Positions 7,376-17,930 are shown, counted from the stretch's first letter. The stretch: 64,000 bases of DNA from an uncultured Gammaproteobacteria bacterium (GCA_964639595.1 CAZXEC010000001.1:187750-251749), one strand, 5' to 3'. Made by a program: numbers and translations. The notes: a model not told the origin generated them from the letters alone.

Positions 7376-10300
7376 ATGGCTACAAAAAATAAACCACACA
7401 GTAAAAAAGATAAAACTAAGTATCAATCCCGATTTAATCCCCGATTCAATCGGGGTAATCAAGATCAACAAGTAGCCTCTGCCAAAAAGACTGCTAGAAA
7501 AAAGAAGTACACCCAAGAGGAAGTCTGGGCACTTGGCAAAAATATTCCGCCGGTCCCGGCAGATTTGTCTGAACCTCAACTTTCTGAAACTGCATTCTAC
7601 ATAGCCAAAACACGATATGCTCTGCGTAATGATAAGAGTGAGCCGATAGAGTCGGCGCGTGAGATGTTTTGGCGGGTGGCATATAACATCGCTTGCGCAG
7701 ATCTTCTGTATCATGGCGACAGGAATAAAATGATTGAACAGGCCCAAAAGTTTTATAATTTAATGGCTTCTCAAAAATTTATTCCCAATACTCCCACCAT
7801 GCTCAACGCCGGCAAACCGATGCAGCAATTATCAGCTTGTTTCGTTTTGCCGATTGAAGATGATATGAAGTCAATCGCCAAAACCCTGGTTGATATGGTG
7901 ATGATTCACAAGTCTGGTGGCGGCACCGGCTTTTCTTTCTCCAGACTAAGGCCTTATGGTGATGTGATTAAGTCTTCCGGCGGCACCACCGTGGGTCCGA
8001 CTTCTTTTTTACAAGCTTACAATGATGTGACTTCCCAAATTAAACAAGGCGGAGTCAGGCGCGGTGCCAATATGGGCATTATGCACATCACCCATCCGGA
8101 TATTTTGAGATTTGCGGTGATGAAAGTTGATGAGTTTAATTTGACTAATTTTAATATTTCAGTAACTGTCACCGAAGAGTGGATGGATCAGGTTGGCAAG
8201 GATCAGCGGTTTGTTAATAGTGAGCCTGATTGGGAAGAAGTTATTGGAGAAATTAAATCTGCCCAGACTATTCGTGATGTTGATTTAAAACTTAAAAAGA
8301 CTGAAGACGGCGTCAGGAAATTATACGATTTGGTCAAAGCTACTCAACCGGATGAGGGTTACGATTTAATAAATCCCAGAAGCCAGCAGACAGTCGGCAA
8401 ACTGAATGCCTATAAAGTTTTCTTACTTATTACCCAACTGGCTTGGCATTATGGTGATCCGGGAATGATTATGATTGATAGGATCAATAAATCAGGTGCT
8501 AATCCCACTCCACATCTGGGACAGATTGAGGCTACTAACCCTTGTGTTACAGGTGACACTATAATTTCTACAGGAGAAGGGCTTATTCCCATGAAAGAAG
8601 TGGTGGAAAGCCATTTTGCCGGAGGAAAAAGATTCGGTGGTAATATGTCTTTGATCATTGATACCAGGACGCTTAATCATAAAACTGGCGGAACTTTACC
8701 AGGACGTGCTGTTAAGTTCTTTGATAATGGGATTAAGGAAGTTTGGAGACTGACTACTAAATCCGGTTTTACTTTGACAGCTACGCCAGATCATCAATTG
8801 CTCACACCAAAAGGTTGGGTGAAACTTCGAGATCTCAATACAGGAGACATAGTTTTGATCCAAAGCGGTAGAGGAGAATTCGGCAAAAACCGCCAGCTAC
8901 CGATTATCTCGAAGATTCCAACCATGCCTAATGACTGGAGCAAGGAATTGGGCATGGTTCTGGGATGGTTGATAGGAGATGGATGGGTAAGAACTGGAGA
9001 TAAAAACTGTCGAGTTGGTTTCACATTTGGTAAGGATGACCTAGATAGCCTCAATTATATACAGAATCTGATGAATAATTGGTATGGCAAAGACGTGAAG
9101 GCAGTAAAGAGAGAAAGAAATAATACCCATTTATCTTATCATAGTAGGGGGCTAGTAGATTTCTTTGTAAAACTAGGAGTAAAACCAGTTAAAGCTGCCG
9201 ACAAATTAGTTCCAGAGTCAATTTATACTGCGCCTGTTGAGGCAGTGGTAGGATTTTTACAAGGACTTTTTACTGCTGATGGTACGGTTAATTTCAAAAA
9301 AGGTCGTAATGCTTATGTAAGATTGACTTCTAAATCAAAATTATTACTGCAAGGCGTACAACTCTTGCTGCTTAATTTAGGCATATACTCCAAAATCTAT
9401 GACAGGAGTCGGGATTCAAGAATGGGGATGTTTCCTTACAAAAATAAGAGCGGTCAGCTGAAGACTTATACTCTGGATGGTGTTCTATTCGAGTTGTCGA
9501 TTTCAAAACAATCAGTAATGAAGTTTCTATCTGAAGTAGGTTTCCTTTCGGATCGCCACCAAGATAAGATTTCTAAATTTTCCACCCAAGATTTCTACGC
9601 TGATAAATTTGTAGATACTGTTTCCGAAATTAAACCATTTGGGAGGCAGCGAGTTTACGATTTAACCGAAGAGAAAAGTTTGACTTTTATTACTAACGGA
9701 ATAGTTAGCCTTGATTGTGGCGAGCAGCCGCTTCTGCCTTATGATGCCTGCACCTTGGGTTCAATTAACCTAGGGAAATTCGTCAAAGATGGTCAGATTG
9801 ATTACCAGGCCCTGGGTGAGGTTTCCCAAGAATGTGTGCACTTTTTAGATAACGTGCTTGATATGAATGCTTATCCTATTGCCGAAATTGCCGAAATGAC
9901 AAGAAAGGTAAGAAGAATTGGCTTGGGTGTAATGGGTTTGGCAGATCTTTTAGTCCAGGTGGAAATAGGATATAACACTGATGATGGTTTATCGTTGGCA
10001 GAAGATGTCATGGCCCATATTCAAGAATCTGCCAAAGAGGGCAGTATTAAATTGGCGCAAGTTCGCGGGGTATTCCCTGCCTGGAAAGGTTCAATTTTTG
10101 ATGATAAAAGTCCGCATTTCTTGGGGAAAAAGTTAATGATACGAAATGCGGCGGTTACTACTATTGCCCCAACTGGGACTATTGCCATGTTGGCTGATGC
10201 TTCGTCTGGAATTGAACCATATTTTGCCTTGTCTTATGCTAAAAATACTATTGAGGGCAAAAGACTATTTAATATCAACCCTTTCTTTTTGGAAATTGCC

Positions 10301-11299
10301 AAGAGGGAAGGTTTTTACTCGGAAGAATTATTGGAGAAAGTAGAACAAAACAGCGGATCAGTTGCTGGTTTGGCAGAAGTGCCGGAAAGATGGCAAAAAG
10401 TTTTTGTGGTTACCCGTGATATTACTCCGGAGTGGCATGTTAAAATGCAGGCCGCTTTCCAAAAACACGTTGACAATGCCATTTCCAAAACCATCAATTT
10501 TTCCAACAGCGCTACAGTGGAAGACGTCAGACACGCATACATGATGGTATATGAAACCGGTTGTAAGGGGATTACTATTTATCGCGATGGCTCGAGACAA
10601 AAACAGATCCTTGAGGTTAAAAAAGAAGGCTCCTATTATGACCAGTTGGCTGGTAAGCCAACTGGCGATGGAGTATCAAAAAACGGCCATGATAAAACCA
10701 TTGCTGTGGGGGACGATATGACCCCATACTTGCCCACTGCCAAGCCGCTTAAGGCTAAGGCTCCCGGAGAAGCTTGGGGAGTGAGATTGAAAAAGAAAAG
10801 CGATGTTGGCAATGTCTACACAGCAGTATACAGGGATGCTGACGGTAAACCGGTGGAGGTGTTTATTAATGTGGGTAAGTCCGGAGGATATGTGGCAGGG
10901 GCAGCAGAAGTGACCGGTAGGCTAGCTTCTCTGGCTTTAAAGCATGGAGCGGCCCTGGAAGAGGTAGCGGCGGAACTGGTGGGGATTGCCTGTGGAATTC
11001 CTTATGGTGTTGGCCCCAATGCTATTCTGTCAATGTTTGATGCTGCCGGTAAATCTGTTCTGGAGGCAGCTAAAACTAAACAGTTGCCATTGGCCATTGA
11101 TAATGGCGAATTTGAAGTTAGTCAACACGATGGTCATACCAAAGATAATCAACAAGAATCATTACTGCAAGCTCCAGAACAAGTCGGCATAGCGTACAAA
11201 ACTTTATTTGCTTCGTGCCCTGATTGCGGTTCTCAATTAGTGCTGGCTGAAGGTTGTCAAAAATGCTTAAATCCGGGATGCGGTTATAGTAAGTGCTAA
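7376..11299 (+). CDS. nrdJ: class II (adenosylcobalamin-dependent) ribonucleotide reductase NrdJ, containing a 391-aa intein and a C-terminal CxxC...CxxC tail
   Basis: The catalytic NP|CGEQPL motif is split by an intein. The C-terminus ends CPDCGSQLVLAEGCQKCLNPGCGYSKC. The N-terminal extension contains a palindromic-repeat insertion. Confidence 0.85.
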   Translation: MATKNKPHSKKDKTKYQSRFNPRFNRGNQDQQVASAKKTARKKKYTQEEVWALGKNIPPVPADLSEPQLSETAFYIAKTRYALRNDKSEPIESAREMFWRVAYNIACADLLYHGDRNKMIEQAQKFYNLMASQKFIPNTPTMLNAGKPMQQLSACFVLPIEDDMKSIAKTLVDMVMIHKSGGGTGFSFSRLRPYGDVIKSSGGTTVGPTSFLQAYNDVTSQIKQGGVRRGANMGIMHITHPDILRFAVMKVDEFNLTNFNISVTVTEEWMDQVGKDQRFVNSEPDWEEVIGEIKSAQTIRDVDLKLKKTEDGVRKLYDLVKATQPDEGYDLINPRSQQTVGKLNAYKVFLLITQLAWHYGDPGMIMIDRINKSGANPTPHLGQIEATNPCVTGDTIISTGEGLIPMKEVVESHFAGGKRFGGNMSLIIDTRTLNHKTGGTLPGRAVKFFDNGIKEVWRLTTKSGFTLTATPDHQLLTPKGWVKLRDLNTGDIVLIQSGRGEFGKNRQLPIISKIPTMPNDWSKELGMVLGWLIGDGWVRTGDKNCRVGFTFGKDDLDSLNYIQNLMNNWYGKDVKAVKRERNNTHLSYHSRGLVDFFVKLGVKPVKAADKLVPESIYTAPVEAVVGFLQGLFTADGTVNFKKGRNAYVRLTSKSKLLLQGVQLLLLNLGIYSKIYDRSRDSRMGMFPYKNKSGQLKTYTLDGVLFELSISKQSVMKFLSEVGFLSDRHQDKISKFSTQDFYADKFVDTVSEIKPFGRQRVYDLTEEKSLTFITNGIVSLDCGEQPLLPYDACTLGSINLGKFVKDGQIDYQALGEVSQECVHFLDNVLDMNAYPIAEIAEMTRKVRRIGLGVMGLADLLVQVEIGYNTDDGLSLAEDVMAHIQESAKEGSIKLAQVRGVFPAWKGSIFDDKSPHFLGKKLMIRNAAVTTIAPTGTIAMLADASSGIEPYFALSYAKNTIEGKRLFNINPFFLEIAKREGFYSEELLEKVEQNSGSVAGLAEVPERWQKVFVVTRDITPEWHVKMQAAFQKHVDNAISKTINFSNSATVEDVRHAYMMVYETGCKGITIYRDGSRQKQILEVKKEGSYYDQLAGKPTGDGVSKNGHDKTIAVGDDMTPYLPTAKPLKAKAPGEAWGVRLKKKSDVGNVYTAVYRDADGKPVEVFINVGKSGGYVAGAAEVTGRLASLALKHGAALEEVAAELVGIACGIPYGVGPNAILSMFDAAGKSVLEAAKTKQLPLAIDNGEFEVSQHDGHTKDNQQESLLQAPEQVGIAYKTLFASCPDCGSQLVLAEGCQKCLNPGCGYSKC
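7425..7460. repeat. palindromic element copy inside the nrdJ 5' coding region (TCCCGATTTAATC-CCCGATTCAATCGGGG-TAATC)
   Basis: Perfect palindrome CCCCGATTCAATCGGGG at 7437-7453 flanked by partial half-sites; translated as SRFNPRFNRGNQ. Confidence 0.7.
8543..9715 (+). mobile_element. intein with LAGLIDADG homing-endonuclease domain, inserted between P and C of the NrdJ NPCGE active-site motif
   Basis: Block A CVTGDTII, block B TATPDHQLLT, LAGLIDADG motifs LGWLIGDGWV and VVGFLQGLFTADGTV, block F/G VYDLTEEKSLTFITNGIVSLD followed by +1 Cys. The terminal residues are Leu-Asp rather than the canonical His-Asn. Confidence 0.8.
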
Positions 11300-11435
11300 G
11301 TTAATAATTACCAATACTACCAATTTCAAATGCCAAACGACCGATAATTTTGAATTGGTATTTACGTTTTTGTGAAACCAAAAGGCGAGCTTCGCTTAAT
11401 TGACATTGGGATTTATTGGTAGTATTAAGTAACTT

Positions 11436-12023
11436 GTGACTAAGTCTCGGCTTTACACCAGGACAGGCGATGGTGGTACTACTGGATTATTGGGTGGAAA
11501 AAGAATTGATAAAGATGATCAACTGCTTGAGGCTTATGGAACAATTGACGAGCTGTCATCTTGGATAGGACTTGCCAGATCTGTTGCCAAATTCAGGCAA
11601 TATAAGACAATTCTTCAGGATATCCAACATGATTTATTTATCATGGGAGCTGATCTGGCTAGTCTTTTTGCTAGAAAAAAAGCACGTCAACCCCGATTTA
11701 ATCGGGGTAATCGGGGTCAAAATATCCCCCAACTGACAGCAGATGATTGGCAGAAATTAGAGCGATTGATTGACACGTTTGATGAAAAATCGCCTCCTTT
11801 GAGATCGTTTATTCTACCCGGCGGGACAGAACTGGCGTCCAGATTACATATTTGTAGGACTATTACCAGGCGGGCAGAAAGACAACTGGTGAAATTGTCA
11901 AAAAAAACTAAAGTGCGAGCTGTTGATTTAATTTATCTGAACCGCCTGTCTGATCTATTTTTTGCTATGGCCAGGGCGGGCAATCGGCAAGCCAAAGTTG
12001 CAGACTTACTGGCAGCCAGATGA
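11436..12023 (+). CDS. PduO-type ATP:cob(I)alamin adenosyltransferase
   Basis: YTRTGDGGTT and ILPGG motifs; sits directly downstream of the B12-dependent nrdJ. A palindromic-repeat insertion encodes RQPRFNRGNRGQ. Confidence 0.75.
   Translation: MTKSRLYTRTGDGGTTGLLGGKRIDKDDQLLEAYGTIDELSSWIGLARSVAKFRQYKTILQDIQHDLFIMGADLASLFARKKARQPRFNRGNRGQNIPQLTADDWQKLERLIDTFDEKSPPLRSFILPGGTELASRLHICRTITRRAERQLVKLSKKTKVRAVDLIYLNRLSDLFFAMARAGNRQAKVADLLAAR
11691..11716. repeat. palindromic element copy inside the pduO-type gene (CCCCGATTTAATCGGGG-TAATCGGGG)
   Basis: Perfect 17-bp palindrome 11691-11707 plus an extra half-site; translated as QPRFNRGNRGQ. Confidence 0.7.
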
Positions 12024-12032
12024 CGTAGTGTA

Positions 12033-12326
12033 TCAAAATACGAAAATTATTTTTGCCAGGATATTGTTTTTGGTGATTGGCCCAAAATGTCGACTGTCTG
12101 ATGATGATCTGGGGTTATCTCCCAAAACCCAGTAGGTATTGTGATCAACTCGGGTGATCCTTTTGATGATAACGCGATTTTCTTGGGGATGTTTAACAAC
12201 CACGACATCTCCTTTCCTGGGTGAGGTGAACCAATATGGGGTGGAGCTGGCAATGATTTGTTGATTCTCTCTCAATTCTGGCTCCATGCTGTGGCCATAA
12301 ATTTTGAAGCGACCAAGAAGAAGCAT
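12033..12326 (-). CDS. sodX: NiSOD maturation peptidase SodX (S26 signal-peptidase-like)
   Basis: GHSMEP (Ser), KRIT (Lys) and GDNPRSSSDSRHFGPI boxes; overlaps the sodN stop (ATGA). Confidence 0.75.
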   Translation of the reverse strand: MLLLGRFKIYGHSMEPELRENQQIIASSTPYWFTSPRKGDVVVVKHPQENRVIIKRITRVDHNTYWVLGDNPRSSSDSRHFGPITKNNILAKIIFVF

Positions 12327-12793
12327 TATTTTTTGGCAGCAGCCGCTTCGGCACCGCCTGCTGCTGCTTTCGCTTTGGCAAACATGTCGGCAATTTCATC
12401 AACCGCAGTTTTTAATTCTTGAGCCGCTGCCATATTTACTTCCTGCTTGTTTTTAGAGCAGAGTTTGGCAGCTTTCCAGAACACCTCATGAAGCCCGGGA
12501 AACATTGATAAATGTTCTGGTTTGAAAAAGTCAGTCCAGAGAATCAACAGCTCTTCTTTACATTTTTGGGCATGTTCTTCTTTGGTTTTTACCATCCTGA
12601 CAAAGGAATTACGGTCAGCAATCGTAGGATTGTCTTTGGGCAAAGCCTCAATTTTTTCCACCATTTTCGCTACAGTATCAGCGGCAATTTGGGCAGGACA
12701 AGGATCATAAATTCCGCAAGGCACATCACAATGAGCCCAGGCTGTTTGTTGGGGAATGATATTAAGTAGTATTCTTAAAAATTGCTTGACCAT
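12326..12793 (-). CDS. sodN: nickel superoxide dismutase precursor (Ni-hook HCDVPCGIYDP after a cleavable leader)
   Basis: Leader ...QQTAWA followed by HCDVPCGIYDP, which matches the NiSOD nickel-hook HCDLPCGVYDP. Confidence 0.85.
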   Translation of the reverse strand: MVKQFLRILLNIIPQQTAWAHCDVPCGIYDPCPAQIAADTVAKMVEKIEALPKDNPTIADRNSFVRMVKTKEEHAQKCKEELLILWTDFFKPEHLSMFPGLHEVFWKAAKLCSKNKQEVNMAAAQELKTAVDEIADMFAKAKAAAGGAEAAAAKK

Positions 12794-12962
12794 GTTATTA
12801 CCTTATCAAACAACTAGCTAAGTTGCAAGAGATATTAGTTTCTAGGTAATTATAGGTTTTGACACGAAGATTGGGATCATCTTAAAATATTACTACATAA
12901 TCAATGACTCCTAATTTGAATTTTGCTCTTGACACATTCGACCATCAGAGCTACATTCGCGC

Positions 12963-12999
12963 TTGACAAGTTTTAGCACTCCTGATATTATAGTGCTAA
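12963..12999 (+). promoter_or_regulatory. sigma70-like promoter (TTGACA-17-TATTAT) overlapping a CIRCE/HrcA operator (TTAGCACTC-N9-TAGTGCTAA, 12973-12999) upstream of lon
   Basis: One mismatch to the CIRCE consensus TTAGCACTC-N9-GAGTGCTAA; located 17 bp upstream of the lon start. Confidence 0.7.
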
Positions 13000-13015
13000 T
13001 TTACTACTTGATGTT

Positions 13016-15439
13016 ATGGCAGAATTATATTTAGATGGCAAATCAGTTAGCCTGAAAAACAAAGTTCCTCTGGTTCCTTTGAAGGAAACTGTAGTCTTCC
13101 CGGGCACTGCTCTGCCTATTTCAGTGGGCCGTCAGCGTTCCAAAACCGCAGTTGATGCTGCTGCAGGTGAAGATGGTTTGGCTATTTTTGTCTGCCAGAA
13201 AAACGCCAGGATTGAAGTCCCGGGAGTCAAAGACCTATATGAAGTGGGCACAATTGCTAAAATCCGCCGGATCTGGAAAATGAATGGTGATTATAATTTA
13301 GTAATTGAAGGTCTATCCAGAGTAAGAATAGTCGAATTTATTCAAACTGAACCGTACATCGCAGTTAAAGTGGAAGAGATCCCTGAAGTTACTCAAAAGA
13401 GTGATGAGGAAGAAGCTTTGGTCAGGACTATTACTAACCAGATTCGCCGATACGGCGAAGTGGGTGGTTTATTAACACTGGAAGCATCCATCGCTATTTT
13501 TTCGTCAGAAGATCCCAATAGGCTGGTTGATTCAATTGCCGGCGGTATTGATTTTGAGGCAACTCGTAAGCAATATATCTTAGAAACCGTAGATTTAACT
13601 GATCGTTTGAGTAAAATTTCCGAGATGTTGGCGCATGAGATTAAAGTTTTGGAAATTGGTCAACAAATATCGTCTGAAACCCAAAAACGAGTTAATAAAA
13701 TGGCGGAAGAGGCGATATTAAGAGAACAAATGAGGTCTATTGAAAAGCGACTGGGTGAAGATGAAGAAGAAAGAGAATTTGATGAGCTGGCCAAAAAAAT
13801 CAAGGCGTCAAAGATGCCTGCTGATATTCAAGTTAAAGCCGAAAAAGAACTCAAAAGACTATCTCGCATGTCATCTGCCAATCCAGAGGCCTCCTATATT
13901 AGAACATACTTGGAATGGCTGATTGAACTGCCCTGGGTCATATCGACTGCCGGCAAGAGAATTGATTTGAAAAAAGCTTCCAAGATTCTGGACGAGGATC
14001 ACTACGGTCTTAAAAAAGTCAAAGAGAGAATTTTGGAGTATTTGGCGGTTCATAAGCTGGCCGGCAAAGTCAAAGGCCCAATTCTGTGTTTTGCTGGTCC
14101 GCCGGGGACAGGTAAAACTTCCATCGGCAAATCAATTGCCCGGGCCTTGGACCGTAAATTTGTCAAGGTGTCTTTAGGCGGCATTCATGATGAGGCAGAA
14201 ATCAGGGGTCACAGAAGAACCTATGTTGGTTCTATGCCAGGCAGGATTATTCAGGGGATTAAAAATGCCGGCTCTAGAGATCCCATCTTTATGTTGGATG
14301 AAATTGACAAAATAGGCATAGATTTCAGAGGTGATCCTTCGGCTGCCTTGCTGGAGGCGCTGGATCCTGAACAAAATAACGCTTTCTCTGACCACTATTT
14401 GGAGGTCTCCTTTGACTTGTCTCATGTGATGTTTATTACCACGGCAAATATCCTGGATACTATCCCGCCGGCTCTGCGCGACAGGTTGGAAGTTATCGAA
14501 TTTCCTGGCTATACCGAGGAAGAAAAATTCCATATCGTTCAAGAATTTATCCTACACAAACAAATCGAATCCCATGGTTTGAAAAAGAGCCAAATTTCTA
14601 TTTCCGAAAAGGCCCTCAAAACTATTATCAATAGGTATACCAGAGAAGCCGGAGTCAGGAATCTGGAAAGACAAATTGCGGCAATTTGCCGCAAAGTTGC
14701 CCGCCGGCTGGCAGAAAATAAGATTAAAAAGGCAACCATTACCGAGAAGAACCTGCAACAATTTTTAGGGCCAGCTAAATTTACTTCAATGCTGGCAGAA
14801 CAAAAAGACGAAATTGGCATCGCCACAGGACTGGCCTGGACTCCGGCTGGCGGAGACATTTTGTTTATTGAAGTGGCGCTAATGCCGGGCAAAGGCGGAC
14901 TCTTGTTGACCGGACAATTGGGTGATGTGATGAAAGAATCGGCACAAGCGGCTGTTTCCTACATTCGCTCCAGGGCGGAAAAGTTTGGTTTATTGGAGCG
15001 GTTTGCCCAGAAATTAGATATCCACGTTCACGTGCCGGAAGGGGCTGTGCCTAAAGATGGGCCATCGGCCGGAGTTTCCATAACTTGCGCCCTGGTGTCA
15101 GCGCTCACCAGAATTCCTTCCAGAAAAGATGTGGCCATGACCGGTGAAGTAACATTAAGGGGGAGGGTTTTGGAAATTGGTGGAGTTAAAGAGAAAGTGC
15201 TGGCAGCTCACAGAGCTGGTGTTAAAACAGTCATCTTACCATTTGAAAATAAGAAAGATTTAGAGGATATTCCCAAAAATATCCAAAAAGCTTTGAAATT
15301 TGTCTTTGTCAAACACGTGGATGAGGTGTTAGATATGGCCCTATCCAGAAAACTGGGCGGAAAATCAGGTCAACCAGTCACTAAAAAAATATCCAGAACC
15401 CATCGTGATTTTACTCCGGTTTTCCCGAGCGTTGGTTGA
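13016..15439 (+). CDS. lon: ATP-dependent protease Lon
   Basis: N-terminal LON domain, Walker [10 protein letters not shown], protease Ser-Lys dyad region (PKDGPSAGV...); 807 aa. Confidence 0.95.
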   Translation: MAELYLDGKSVSLKNKVPLVPLKETVVFPGTALPISVGRQRSKTAVDAAAGEDGLAIFVCQKNARIEVPGVKDLYEVGTIAKIRRIWKMNGDYNLVIEGLSRVRIVEFIQTEPYIAVKVEEIPEVTQKSDEEEALVRTITNQIRRYGEVGGLLTLEASIAIFSSEDPNRLVDSIAGGIDFEATRKQYILETVDLTDRLSKISEMLAHEIKVLEIGQQISSETQKRVNKMAEEAILREQMRSIEKRLGEDEEEREFDELAKKIKASKMPADIQVKAEKELKRLSRMSSANPEASYIRTYLEWLIELPWVISTAGKRIDLKKASKILDEDHYGLKKVKERILEYLAVHKLAGKVKGPILCFAGPPGTGKTSIGKSIARALDRKFVKVSLGGIHDEAEIRGHRRTYVGSMPGRIIQGIKNAGSRDPIFMLDEIDKIGIDFRGDPSAALLEALDPEQNNAFSDHYLEVSFDLSHVMFITTANILDTIPPALRDRLEVIEFPGYTEEEKFHIVQEFILHKQIESHGLKKSQISISEKALKTIINRYTREAGVRNLERQIAAICRKVARRLAENKIKKATITEKNLQQFLGPAKFTSMLAEQKDEIGIATGLAWTPAGGDILFIEVALMPGKGGLLLTGQLGDVMKESAQAAVSYIRSRAEKFGLLERFAQKLDIHVHVPEGAVPKDGPSAGVSITCALVSALTRIPSRKDVAMTGEVTLRGRVLEIGGVKEKVLAAHRAGVKTVILPFENKKDLEDIPKNIQKALKFVFVKHVDEVLDMALSRKLGGKSGQPVTKKISRTHRDFTPVFPSVG

Positions 15440-15797
15440 CTTTTCCGCCTAAAACCAGGGCTATAAAAATAAATCCCCACCCAAAAACAAAACTGGCCAC
15501 CGGAATCAGTTCATAAATTAACAGATCCAAAAGTTTTCTCACCCGGAAGTGTTCTTTGACGGTAATCAATGATTGCAGGGTTTGATTATAAAAAGGTTCG
15601 GCAATGTGCTTGTTATATTCAAAGGCAAAAACCAACAGGCAAAATCCAAAAAATAAAAATAAATGATAGCGGGTTGGTTTGGTAAGAGATAAAATTGCTG
15701 AAAGAAGCGCACCTGATACATAGGCGATAACCAGATAATTATGGATAAAAATAGCATAAATTGTGTTGATAACATTTTGTTCCAGGTCAGCCGACAT
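15411..15797 (-). CDS. small integral membrane protein (hypothetical)
   Basis: 128 aa with 4 hydrophobic segments; convergent with lon. Confidence 0.4.
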   Translation of the reverse strand: MSADLEQNVINTIYAIFIHNYLVIAYVSGALLSAILSLTKPTRYHLFLFFGFCLLVFAFEYNKHIAEPFYNQTLQSLITVKEHFRVRKLLDLLIYELIPVASFVFGWGFIFIALVLGGKVNQRSGKPE

Positions 15798-15860
15798 ACT
15801 TTTAGTATAGCAGATTAAACTACTTTAAAGTTGCATCATCTTGACAGGTAGTTTAGAATA

Positions 15861-17930
15861 TTGGAAAGATACATTATGGACTTATCTGGTGTTTTGGCAG
15901 GCTATCCGGCGGAGCAATTTGCTCCGTATGTTATTTTTGCAGCTCCCCTGTTGGCCATTTTATATGGGGCTCTTTTGACCCAATGGATTGTCACTTTACC
16001 GGCCGGTAATTCCAAGATGCAGGAGATTGCCCAGGCTATCCAAGAAGGAGCAGGAGCATATCTAAACAGGCAATATACAGTGGTGGCGACAATTGCGGCA
16101 GTACTTTTTGCCACGTTGTGGTATTTCTTAGGCGCCCAATACGCTGTTGGTTTTGCCATTGGGGCGATTCTTTCGGCCTTGGCCGGATATATTGGGATGA
16201 ATGTATCAGTCAGAGCCAATGTCAGGACTGCAGAAGCGGCCCGCGACGGACTGGCAAAAGCGCTGGATGTGGCTTTCAAAGGTGGAGCTATCACTGGTTT
16301 GGTAGTGGTAGCTTTGGGGCTATTGTCGGTGGCTATTTTCTATTTTGGACTGGTTAGTTTAGGATTTGCCAAAGCAGAGGCAGTCAAGGCTTTGGTTGGT
16401 CTGGGTTTTGGCGGGAGTTTAATCTCGGTTTTTGCCCGCTTGGGCGGAGGGATTTTTACCAAAGGGGCGGATGTTGGTACAGATATGGTGGGCAAAATTG
16501 AAGCCGGTATTCCCGAAGATGATCCCAGAAACCCGGGGGTGATTGCCGATAATGTGGGAGATAATGTGGGAGATTGTGCCGGCATGGCGGCTGATTTATT
16601 TGAGACGTATGCGGTGACCTGTGTGGCTGCTATGATGTTAGGTTTTTTGGTATTCCCCAAATATGATTTGGCTATTTTGTATCCTTTGGTCATTGGGGCA
16701 TTGTCTATTGTCTGCTCTATTGTTGGCGTCATGGTAGTGCGCTTGCCGAAGAATAATTCCATTATGGGGGCTTTATATGAGGGGCTGATCATCTCCACTT
16801 TGCTGCCTGCTATTATTTTTTATCCGGTGACCATTTGGGTGATGGGAGCAAACGAGCTCTATCATGTTTCAAATATTTACTGGTCAGCACTTTTGGGTCT
16901 GGTAGTAACTGGCGGCATGGTGGTGATAACCGAATACTTTACCTCAACCAAATATGGCCCGGTGCGCTTTATTGCCAAATCTTCGGTCACCGGTCATGGT
17001 ACTAATGTGATTGCCGGCTTAACCATCTCCTTAAAATCTACTTTTTTGCCGATCTTATTGATTTCAGCAGCTATTTTGATTGCTTACAATATTGCCGGCA
17101 TCTATGGTGTGGCTGTGGCTGCCATGTCTATGTTATCGATGACCGGTATTATTGTGGCCATTGATGCTTTTGGGCCAATTACTGATAATGCCGGAGGTAT
17201 TGCCGAAATGGCCGAGTTGCCGGATAAGGTGAGGGAAGTAACCGATCCTCTGGATGCTGTTGGAAATACCACTAAGGCTGTTACCAAAGGTTATGCGATT
17301 GCTTCTGCAGCTCTGGCGGCCCTGGTGCTTTTTTCTGCTTATACCCAGGAACTGGCAGCCTTAGGCAAGAATGTGGTATTTACCTTGTCTGACCCGCAAG
17401 TTTTGGTAGGTTTGTTTATCGGTGGCTCCTTGCCATTTTTATTTGCCGCTTATGCTATGGAGGCAGTTGGCAAATCTGCCATGGCAGTGGTGGAAGAAGT
17501 CAGGCGGCAGTTTAGGGAAATCAAAGGCATCATGCAGGGTCGCGCCAAACCTGATTATGCCGCTTGCGTGTCAATCGTCACTGAAGCTGCCCAAAAACAG
17601 ATGATTTTGCCGGCTTTAATCCCGGTGGTGGCGCCGGTGGCAGTAGGCCTGCTGTTGGGCGCTCAAGCCCTGGGCGGCATGTTGGTAGGCTCAATTGTCA
17701 CGGGTATTTTTGTGGCCATTTCCATGACCACCGGCGGAGCGGCTTGGGATAATGCCAAAAAATATATTGAGGCGGGCAACTTGGGCGGCAAAGGCTCCGA
17801 TGCTCACCGGGCCGCAGTCACCGGTGACACGGTGGGTGATCCGTATAAGGATACAGCCGGACCAGCCCTCAACCCCATGATTAAAATTATCAATATCATT
17901 GCACTTTTGCTGGTGGGATTTTTGAAGTAG
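15861..17930 (+). CDS. hppA: membrane-bound proton/sodium-translocating pyrophosphatase
   Basis: [14 protein letters not shown] and [21 protein letters not shown] signature motifs; 689-aa polytopic protein. Confidence 0.95.
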   Translation: MERYIMDLSGVLAGYPAEQFAPYVIFAAPLLAILYGALLTQWIVTLPAGNSKMQEIAQAIQEGAGAYLNRQYTVVATIAAVLFATLWYFLGAQYAVGFAIGAILSALAGYIGMNVSVRANVRTAEAARDGLAKALDVAFKGGAITGLVVVALGLLSVAIFYFGLVSLGFAKAEAVKALVGLGFGGSLISVFARLGGGIFTKGADVGTDMVGKIEAGIPEDDPRNPGVIADNVGDNVGDCAGMAADLFETYAVTCVAAMMLGFLVFPKYDLAILYPLVIGALSIVCSIVGVMVVRLPKNNSIMGALYEGLIISTLLPAIIFYPVTIWVMGANELYHVSNIYWSALLGLVVTGGMVVITEYFTSTKYGPVRFIAKSSVTGHGTNVIAGLTISLKSTFLPILLISAAILIAYNIAGIYGVAVAAMSMLSMTGIIVAIDAFGPITDNAGGIAEMAELPDKVREVTDPLDAVGNTTKAVTKGYAIASAALAALVLFSAYTQELAALGKNVVFTLSDPQVLVGLFIGGSLPFLFAAYAMEAVGKSAMAVVEEVRRQFREIKGIMQGRAKPDYAACVSIVTEAAQKQMILPALIPVVAPVAVGLLLGAQALGGMLVGSIVTGIFVAISMTTGGAAWDNAKKYIEAGNLGGKGSDAHRAAVTGDTVGDPYKDTAGPALNPMIKIINIIALLLVGFLK

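Noticed and set aside
7343-7747. 134-aa minus-strand ORF overlapping the nrdJ start, plus other antisense ORFs inside lon (14174..14892), hppA (16340..16798), ftsX (46185..46640) and the PABS-like genes (30406..30759, 32133..32426)
   Set aside because: They lie fully inside well-supported genes on the opposite strand and have no motifs. They are typical shadow ORFs at this GC content.
11300-11435. Possible cobalamin riboswitch upstream of the PduO-type adenosyltransferase
   Set aside because: The region is AT-rich with simple ACCAAT-type inverted repeats, and I see no B12-box-like conserved core. It more likely contains a promoter or terminator hairpin.
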